This document shows, piece by piece, positions 57,846-64,000 of a stretch of DNA of 64,000 nt. Origin of the DNA: Candidatus Aenigmatarchaeota archaeon (GTDB taxonomy: Archaea > Aenigmatarchaeota > Aenigmatarchaeia > CG10238-14); NCBI GenBank assembly GCA_018920365.1, contig JAHLMM010000001.1:199628-263627 (forward strand). The letters run 5' to 3'. Within the stretch, counting starts at the first letter, position 1. Every line of letters starts with the position of its first letter. Made by a program: the position numbers and the translations under genes. The notes under the pieces are model-generated. The model did no database searches and was not told where the DNA came from. It worked only from the letters and a program-made list of their open reading frames with translations.

Positions 57846-58094
57846 TTGAAAGACGAAATGAAAATAGATGTTTTATCTCATGAATTGGTACCAAAGCATT
57901 ACATTGTTTCTGAAGAGGAAAAACAAAAAATAAAAGAGAAATACAAAATAGACAAAGACAACAAATTTCCACAAATAAAAGCAAAGGATCCTGTTGTAAA
58001 AGCAATAGGCGCAAAACCCGGTGATATAATAAAAATAGTGAGAAAAAGCAATGTAGCAAAAGAAATTGTCTATTATAGAATTGTTGTGGAGTGA
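57846..58094 (+). CDS. rpoH: DNA-directed RNA polymerase subunit H (Rpb5 homolog).
   Basis: The text HELVPKHYIVSEEEK…KDPVVKAIGAKPGDIIKIVRKSNVAKEIVYYRIVV is the RpoH/Rpb5 C-terminal domain signature. It is the first gene of the rpoH-B-A operon. Confidence 0.85.
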   Translation: MKDEMKIDVLSHELVPKHYIVSEEEKQKIKEKYKIDKDNKFPQIKAKDPVVKAIGAKPGDIIKIVRKSNVAKEIVYYRIVVE

Positions 58095-58098
58095 TATT

Positions 58099-59610
58099 AT
58101 GAATGAATATATGACTTTGTTAAAATCGTTTGCACGCGACGAAGGTCTGATTAGATTTCAGATAGAATCCTACAATGACTTTATAGAAAACAGAATACCA
58201 AACATCATAAAACAAATAAAAGAAATTAAACCAGAAGTTCCTGACTTGGGAGAGTTTAGAATTAAATTAGGTAAGTTCAAAGTGGGAAAACCATTAGGTA
58301 CAGATATATGGGGTCCTTGGACGAAAGAGGCAGACGGTTCAGAAAGACCAATATTGCCTCAAGAATCGAGAATAAGAAATCTAACATATTCTGCTCCAAT
58401 GTATCTTGAAATGACACCAAACTTGAATGGTATAGATAGCGAAACAATTACAGTTAATTTTGGTGATTTGCCTGTCATGCTCAAATCAAAAATATGTCCA
58501 TTGTCGAAAATGGATAGGCAAGAGTTAATCAGAGTTGGAGAAGATCCAGATGATCCAGGAGGTTATTTTATTGTAAATGGTACAGAAAGAGTACTAGTTT
58601 TGATTGAAGAAATATCACCAAATAAAATTCTAGTCGAGTCACCAAGCACACCAAATGTAACAAACATAGCTAGAATACATTCAGAAAGAGATGGTTATAT
58701 TCAAAGACATATAATTGAAAGGAGAAACGATGGCATTATTAGAATAAATTTTGCAAATGTCAACAAAATGCCTATAGTAATTTTACTAAGGGCACTCGGA
58801 TTAGAGACAGATAAAGATATAATAACATTTTTGTCAGATGATCCAGAAGTGCAACAAGAGTTTTATCCAAATTTATTCGAGACGCAATCAGCAACATCAA
58901 AAGAAGCAATAGAAGAAATAGCAGATTTTCTAAAAATAACACAAAAAGAATATAGACAAGACAAAGTCAACAAGTTATTGGATAAATATTTGCTTCCTCA
59001 TTTAGGTCAAGATAAAAAATATAGAATAAACAAAGCATTGTATTTGGCAAAGGCAACAGAAAAAATAATTAAAAATCATCTAAAGAAAGTACCAAAGGAT
59101 GACATTGACCATTATTCGAACAAAAGATTGAAATTGTCAGGAGATTTATTGGAAATATTATTTAGATCTGTGCTGCTTGGTAAATGGGGATTGATAACTA
59201 GAATAACTTACAATTATCAAAAATTAACAAAAAGAGGAAGATTTCCACCCCTGCAATCAATAGTTGAATCAAATGTCTTGACAAATCAAATAATTTCAGC
59301 CATAGCAATAGGCTCATGGGTTGGCGGAAGGACAGGCGTTTCTCAGAGACTTGAAAGAGGAAGCTTTGTTAAAACAGTTTCTCATACAAGAAATGTATTA
59401 TCGCCGTTAACATCAACTCAAGAACACTTTGAAGCAAGAGTTTTGCATCCAACTCAATGGGGAAAAATAGATCCATCACAAACACCAGAAGGTGCAACAA
59501 TTGGGTTAAGAAAATATCTAGCTATAATGGGTCAAATAACAAAGGGTGCAACTGAAAAAGAAGTGAAAATCTTGGAAGATATTTTGTTAAAAGAGGTTGA
59601 TAAAAAATGA
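58099..59610 (+). CDS. rpoB2: DNA-directed RNA polymerase subunit B'' (N-terminal half of split subunit B).
   Basis: Begins MNEYMTLLKSFARDEGLIRFQIESYNDFIE…. It contains protrusion/lobe domain sequences. The stop overlaps the next start (ATGA). The ORF-track start at 58066 overlaps the rpoH stop. The ATG at 58099 is the more likely start. Confidence 0.85.
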   Translation: MNEYMTLLKSFARDEGLIRFQIESYNDFIENRIPNIIKQIKEIKPEVPDLGEFRIKLGKFKVGKPLGTDIWGPWTKEADGSERPILPQESRIRNLTYSAPMYLEMTPNLNGIDSETITVNFGDLPVMLKSKICPLSKMDRQELIRVGEDPDDPGGYFIVNGTERVLVLIEEISPNKILVESPSTPNVTNIARIHSERDGYIQRHIIERRNDGIIRINFANVNKMPIVILLRALGLETDKDIITFLSDDPEVQQEFYPNLFETQSATSKEAIEEIADFLKITQKEYRQDKVNKLLDKYLLPHLGQDKKYRINKALYLAKATEKIIKNHLKKVPKDDIDHYSNKRLKLSGDLLEILFRSVLLGKWGLITRITYNYQKLTKRGRFPPLQSIVESNVLTNQIISAIAIGSWVGGRTGVSQRLERGSFVKTVSHTRNVLSPLTSTQEHFEARVLHPTQWGKIDPSQTPEGATIGLRKYLAIMGQITKGATEKEVKILEDILLKEVDKK

Positions 59611-62600
59611 CTGATGTGTTTTTTGATGGAAAATATTTTGGAAGTGTTAAGGACCCGGTAAAATTAGTTAATTCAATAAGGGAAAAGAGAAGAAAAGGTC
59701 AATTGTCAGATCAGATTAATGCATCATATCTTGAACACTTTGATATAGTAATGATATCTACAGATTCTGGTAGAGCAAGAAGACCATTAATAGTAGTCGA
59801 AAACGGAAAACCAAAATTGACAAAAGAACATTTAAACATGCTTGAGAGTGGAAAGATAAAATGGAGTGATTTGATTTCTCAAGGTATAATAGAATATTTG
59901 GATGCAACTGAAGAAGAAAATGCATTGATTGCTTTAAAACCAGAAGATTTAACACAAAAACACACACATTTGGAATTAGATCCCACAATAATAATGGGTG
60001 TTGCTACATCTCTTGTTCCATTTGCAGAATTTAACAGAGGAGACAGAGTAAATTTTGGCGCAAAAATGATAGGCCAAGCGATAGGTATGTATTCAATAAA
60101 CTTTCCTGTTAGAGTTGACACAAAATCAAATATAATGATATATCCTCAAGTGCCTATTGTAAAGACACACATGAATGATATAATAAATGATCAAGATCAT
60201 CCTGGCGGTCACAATGTAGTTATTGCAATGATGCCGTTTTTGGGTTATAACATGGAGGATGCTGTTGTCATAAACAAATCATCCATTGAAAGAGGGTTGT
60301 TTTGGTCATACATGTTCAGATCATATGAAGCCGAGGAAAAAAGATATTTGGGTGGTCAAGAGGATATAATAGGAATACCTGAACCTGGAATAAGAGGTTA
60401 TGCTGGTGAAGATGCGTATAAACATTTACCAGAAGATGGTATAGTAAATCCTGAAACAAAACTCAAAAAAGAGGATGTTATAATAGGCAAATCATCACCG
60501 CTGAGATTCTTGGGTAGTTTAGATCAATTCACAACAGGCTTGGAAAATATAAGAGAAACTTCTGTTAGACTAAAACATGGAACAGAAGGTATAGTTGATA
60601 GAGTTTTTATTACAGAAAGTTTTGAAGGAAATAAACTTGTAAAAGTTGTTGTGAGAGATTTGAAAATACCTGAATTAGGAGATAAATTTGCCAGCAGACA
60701 TGGACAAAAAGGCGTTTTAGGTTTAATAATAAATCAGGAAGAATTACCATTCACAGAAGATGGTATTACACCTGACATAATTTTTAATCCTCATGGCATA
60801 CCATCTAGAATGACAATAGGGCAGATTTTAGAAATATTATCAAGCAAGGTAGGTGCTTTGACTGGTAAAAGGATAACAAGTTCTGCATTCCATCCTTTTG
60901 ATGAAAAGACAATAAGAGAAACTTTGAAAAAATATGGGTTTGATGATGATGGAAAAGAGTTTATGTATGACAGCAGAAATGGCCAAAAATTGATAAATAA
61001 AATCCTAATAGGAGAGATATATTATCAGAAACTAGATCATCTTGTTTCAAACAAAATGTATTCAAGATCAAAAGGTCCTGTGACACTTTTGACAAAACAA
61101 CCAACAGAAGGAAAATCAAAAATGGGTGGTTTGAGACTAGGTGAAATGGAAAAAGACTGTTTAATTGCACACGGTGCTTCGTTGCTTTTGAAGGAAAGAT
61201 TTGATTCAGATAAGATAATGATATCAATATGCAAAGATTGTGGTATAGAAGCTATAAATGATAGGGTTAAAAATAAAAAATTCTGCCCAATGTGTGGTGG
61301 TTCAAAGACTGTTGATATTGACATGTCATATGCTTTCAAACTTTTACTAGACGAGCTAAAAAGCATGGCAATATATCCAAAAATAATTGTTGATGAGGAT
61401 TTGGGAATTATTGATAAAATGGTGTTTGGTATATTAACACCTGAAATGATAAAGAAAATATCAGCATCAAAAATAAGTAAAACAGAATTGTATGATCAAG
61501 AAGGCTATCCTGTTGAAGGAGGCTTGATGGATCCAAGACTTGGCGTTATAGATCCTGGATTGAGATGCAGAACATGCGGTGGAACAGTTGGTGATTGCAA
61601 AGGTCATTTCGGATACCTTGAATTGACAAAACCAGTGATACATGTAAATTACGCAAAGCTAATTTACAATATTTTAAGGTTCACATGCAGAAAATGCAAC
61701 AAGGTTTTGATAAGTCCTGATGATGTTGCAAAGTTCAAAGAAGGCAAAAAGTCAATGAAGAGACTAAAGACATTCATAAAATCAACATGCCCATATTGCA
61801 AAGAAAAACAGGGTAAGATAAAATACATCAAACCTACTACATATCAGGAAGATTCTGAAATATTGACAGCAGTGCAAGTAAGAGAAAGATTGGAAAAAAT
61901 ACCTGATAGCGAGCTAGAATATTTTGGTCTTAGAAAAATGAGGCCTGAAAATTTGGTTTTAACACTACTTCCAGTTCCACCAGTAACTGTGAGACCTTCT
62001 ATAACTTTGGAAACAGGTGAAAGATCAGAAGATGATTTGACACACAAGCTTGTAGATATTGTTAGAATAAACAAAAGATTGAGGGAAAATATAGAGTTGG
62101 GTGCACCTGATTTTATAATACAAGATTTATGGGAGCTTTTACAATATCACGTTGCAACTTATATGAATAATGAAATAACGGGCGTACCACCAGCTAGACA
62201 TAGATCAGGAAGAGTTTTGAAGACATTGGCACAAAGATTAAAGACAAAAGAAGGAAGATTTAGAAGCAATTTGATTGGTAAGAGAGTTAACTTTTCTGCA
62301 AGAACAGTTGTTAGCCCAGATCCATTTTTAGATATAAATGAGGTAGGCGTACCATTATCAGTTGCAACAGAATTGACCTTACCAGTTGTTGTAAATGAAA
62401 AGAATATTGAAAAGATAAGGCAGATGATAGAGAGATATCCAGAATGGCCAACAATAAATTATGTAAATAGACCAGATGGAAGAAGAAAGAAAGTCACAGA
62501 ATTGAACAAAGCTGATATAGCAAAAGAAATAGAACCTGGTTATATTGTTGAAAAACAGATAGAGAATGGCGATTGGGCAGTTTTCAATAGACAGCCATCA

Positions 62601-63887
62601 TTACACAGGATGAGCATGATGGGCCATAAGGTAAGAGTAATGCCTTATAATACATTTAGACTGAATTTATCGGTTGCACCGCCTTATAATGCAGATTTTG
62701 ATGGAGATGAGATGAACCTTCACATACCTCAAACAAAAGAGGCTCAAGTTGAAACAAAAATGCTTACAGAAGTTTCGACACAATTTAGAAGCCCAAGATT
62801 TAGTAGTGTTATAATAGGTGCAATAAATGATCATATAACAGGCTTGTACATACTGACAACAAAAATGAAGTTTTCAAGAAAAGATACAGTCTCTATTGTA
62901 AAGGCATGTGATCCAGAAATTCAAGTTCCTGACAAAAAAGAATTTACAGGAAAGGAAATATTCAGCTTATTCTTGCCAAAAGATTTTGATTTTGAATATT
63001 CAAAAGGAGATTTGAAAGTTGTGATAGAAAACGGTCAACTAGTAGAAGGAATAATCGATGAAAACGGTTTGGGTGCATTTAAAGGAAAACTGCTTGATGA
63101 AATTGAGAGAAGATATGGTGGTGAATTTACAAGGAAGTTGCTCTTTAACATGACAAAACTTTCTCTTGAAGTGTTGATGAGATATGGCTTTACTACTTCA
63201 ATATCTGATTATGACATTGATGAGAAGATAGTAAAACAAATAAATGATTTGCTTGAAAATGCAAAGAAAGAGATAAATGACATGATAAAAGATTTCAAAA
63301 AAGGCAAGATAAAAGAAATAGTAGGAAGAACAAAGAGAGAGACATTTGAAACATTGGTTAAAATAAAATTGGCTGATTTGCTAAATCAGATAACAACACT
63401 TGTCGCAAAGAACATAAAAGAGAATTCAATTTACATAATGGCTAAAAGTGGTGCTAGAGGCAGTCTAGTTAACATGGTTCAGTGCATTGCATGCCTTGGT
63501 CAAGAAACAATTAGAGGTGAAAGAATAAGGATAGGTTATTATAAAAGAACTTTGCCTCATTTTGAAAAAGGTGATATGAGTTTAGAATCAAGAGGTTTTG
63601 TTAGACACGGCTATAAAAATGGTTTGACACCGTTTGAATTTTTCTTTGATGCAATGAACAGTAGAGAAGGTCTTATGGATAAATCTTTAAAGACAAGACA
63701 TAGTGGTTATCTTGAAAGAAGATTGATAGGTGCATTAAAAGATTTGAAAGTAGAGTACGATGGTACTGTAAGAGATGCTTCAAAGAAAATTGTTCAGTTT
63801 ATTGCTGCTGAAGATGGTTTAGACCCATCGAGAATACAAAAAGGTGGTATAGATGTCGGAAAAATCGCTGAAAGATTATTTGGATGA
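59607..63887 (+). CDS. rpoB1-rpoA1: In-frame fusion of RNA polymerase subunit B' (residues 1–604) and subunit A' (from M605). It encodes a single 1426-aa polypeptide.
   Basis: The B' portion ends …MSYAFKLLLDELKSMAIYPKIIVDEDLGIIDK. The frame runs directly into MVFGILTPEMIKK…GGLMDPRLGVIDPGLRCRTCGG…GHFGYLELTKPVIHV, the canonical A' N-terminus with its Zn-binding motif. No stop codon lies between them. The A' catalytic NADFDGDEM motif is present. The ORF ends …AERLFG-TGA. Confidence 0.85.
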   Translation: MTDVFFDGKYFGSVKDPVKLVNSIREKRRKGQLSDQINASYLEHFDIVMISTDSGRARRPLIVVENGKPKLTKEHLNMLESGKIKWSDLISQGIIEYLDATEEENALIALKPEDLTQKHTHLELDPTIIMGVATSLVPFAEFNRGDRVNFGAKMIGQAIGMYSINFPVRVDTKSNIMIYPQVPIVKTHMNDIINDQDHPGGHNVVIAMMPFLGYNMEDAVVINKSSIERGLFWSYMFRSYEAEEKRYLGGQEDIIGIPEPGIRGYAGEDAYKHLPEDGIVNPETKLKKEDVIIGKSSPLRFLGSLDQFTTGLENIRETSVRLKHGTEGIVDRVFITESFEGNKLVKVVVRDLKIPELGDKFASRHGQKGVLGLIINQEELPFTEDGITPDIIFNPHGIPSRMTIGQILEILSSKVGALTGKRITSSAFHPFDEKTIRETLKKYGFDDDGKEFMYDSRNGQKLINKILIGEIYYQKLDHLVSNKMYSRSKGPVTLLTKQPTEGKSKMGGLRLGEMEKDCLIAHGASLLLKERFDSDKIMISICKDCGIEAINDRVKNKKFCPMCGGSKTVDIDMSYAFKLLLDELKSMAIYPKIIVDEDLGIIDKMVFGILTPEMIKKISASKISKTELYDQEGYPVEGGLMDPRLGVIDPGLRCRTCGGTVGDCKGHFGYLELTKPVIHVNYAKLIYNILRFTCRKCNKVLISPDDVAKFKEGKKSMKRLKTFIKSTCPYCKEKQGKIKYIKPTTYQEDSEILTAVQVRERLEKIPDSELEYFGLRKMRPENLVLTLLPVPPVTVRPSITLETGERSEDDLTHKLVDIVRINKRLRENIELGAPDFIIQDLWELLQYHVATYMNNEITGVPPARHRSGRVLKTLAQRLKTKEGRFRSNLIGKRVNFSARTVVSPDPFLDINEVGVPLSVATELTLPVVVNEKNIEKIRQMIERYPEWPTINYVNRPDGRRKKVTELNKADIAKEIEPGYIVEKQIENGDWAVFNRQPSLHRMSMMGHKVRVMPYNTFRLNLSVAPPYNADFDGDEMNLHIPQTKEAQVETKMLTEVSTQFRSPRFSSVIIGAINDHITGLYILTTKMKFSRKDTVSIVKACDPEIQVPDKKEFTGKEIFSLFLPKDFDFEYSKGDLKVVIENGQLVEGIIDENGLGAFKGKLLDEIERRYGGEFTRKLLFNMTKLSLEVLMRYGFTTSISDYDIDEKIVKQINDLLENAKKEINDMIKDFKKGKIKEIVGRTKRETFETLVKIKLADLLNQITTLVAKNIKENSIYIMAKSGARGSLVNMVQCIACLGQETIRGERIRIGYYKRTLPHFEKGDMSLESRGFVRHGYKNGLTPFEFFFDAMNSREGLMDKSLKTRHSGYLERRLIGALKDLKVEYDGTVRDASKKIVQFIAAEDGLDPSRIQKGGIDVGKIAERLFG

Positions 63888-64000
63888 ATTACCTAAAAGT
63901 ATAGTTGAGCAAATCGATCAAGTTTCATCTAAAATGAAATTGAATGAAAAACAAAAAGAACAGCTTACAAAAGAAGTTATTAAAGAATATTTCAAAAGTG
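63853..64000 (+). CDS. rpoA2: RNA polymerase subunit A'' (5' fragment; continues past the window end).
   Basis: An ATG at 63853 lies in the +1 frame relative to A' and overlaps its last 35 nt. The translation is MSEKSLKDYLDELPKSIVEQIDQ…. The operon position after rpoA' supports the call. Confidence 0.55.
   Translation, partial: MSEKSLKDYLDELPKSIVEQIDQVSSKMKLNEKQKEQLTKEVIKEYFKS

Noticed and set aside
1-64000. CRISPR arrays, transposases/IS elements, integrases, prophage or defence-island signatures.
   Set aside because: I scanned the intergenic regions for short direct-repeat arrays and found only tandem or palindromic operator-like repeats. No recombinase or transposase-like translation appears in any frame.

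Overview
This looks like an AT-rich (~30% GC) chromosomal segment from an archaeon, most plausibly a DPANN-type lineage. The archaeal assignment rests on an archaeal histone, RPA, RadA, archaeal-type ThrRS with its N-terminal editing domain, a class-I CCA enzyme, Dph2, deoxyhypusine synthase, Elp3, and the rpoH–rpoB''–rpoB'–rpoA'–rpoA'' operon. The window is densely coding on both strands and uses the standard genetic code, with TAA, TAG and TGA all serving as stops.

Contents:
- Information processing: histone, RPA, RadA, a short SMC with ScpA, ATP-dependent DNA ligase, ArgRS, ThrRS, a DEAD-box helicase, a DRG GTPase, the NcsA thiolase, Elp3, and an unlinked 5S rRNA flanked by tRNA-Tyr and tRNA-Asp. 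There is also a tRNA-Val and a tRNA-Gln.
- Central metabolism: PpsA, a PfkB kinase, class-I FBA, two GH57 enzymes flanking a SIS-domain isomerase, glmS, and a DHS plus PLP-decarboxylase pair.
- Transport and resistance: two P-type ATPases (CopA and a type-II cation pump), and an ArsR / thioredoxin-like / ArsP module.
- Several bacterial-flavoured genes: an HPF ribosome hibernation factor, a DUF5320–DUF134 pair, ArsP, and a secreted protein carrying Kazal and cytochrome-b5-like domains.

Main observations:
- rpoB' and rpoA' are joined in frame into a single 1426-aa ORF.
- Three of the four tRNAs carry extra sequence that looks like introns, two of them at non-canonical D-loop positions.
- glmS is interrupted by a single in-frame TAA.
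- The copA operon carries unusual accessory genes, including a membrane-anchored wHTH candidate sensor and an HMA–TM–HMA protein, with palindromic operators in the internal promoter.
- Twin perfect 14-bp palindromes sit upstream of the DUF5320–DUF134 pair.

No CRISPR array, transposase or prophage signal was seen. All calls come from reading the translations and motifs by eye; no database searches were run.
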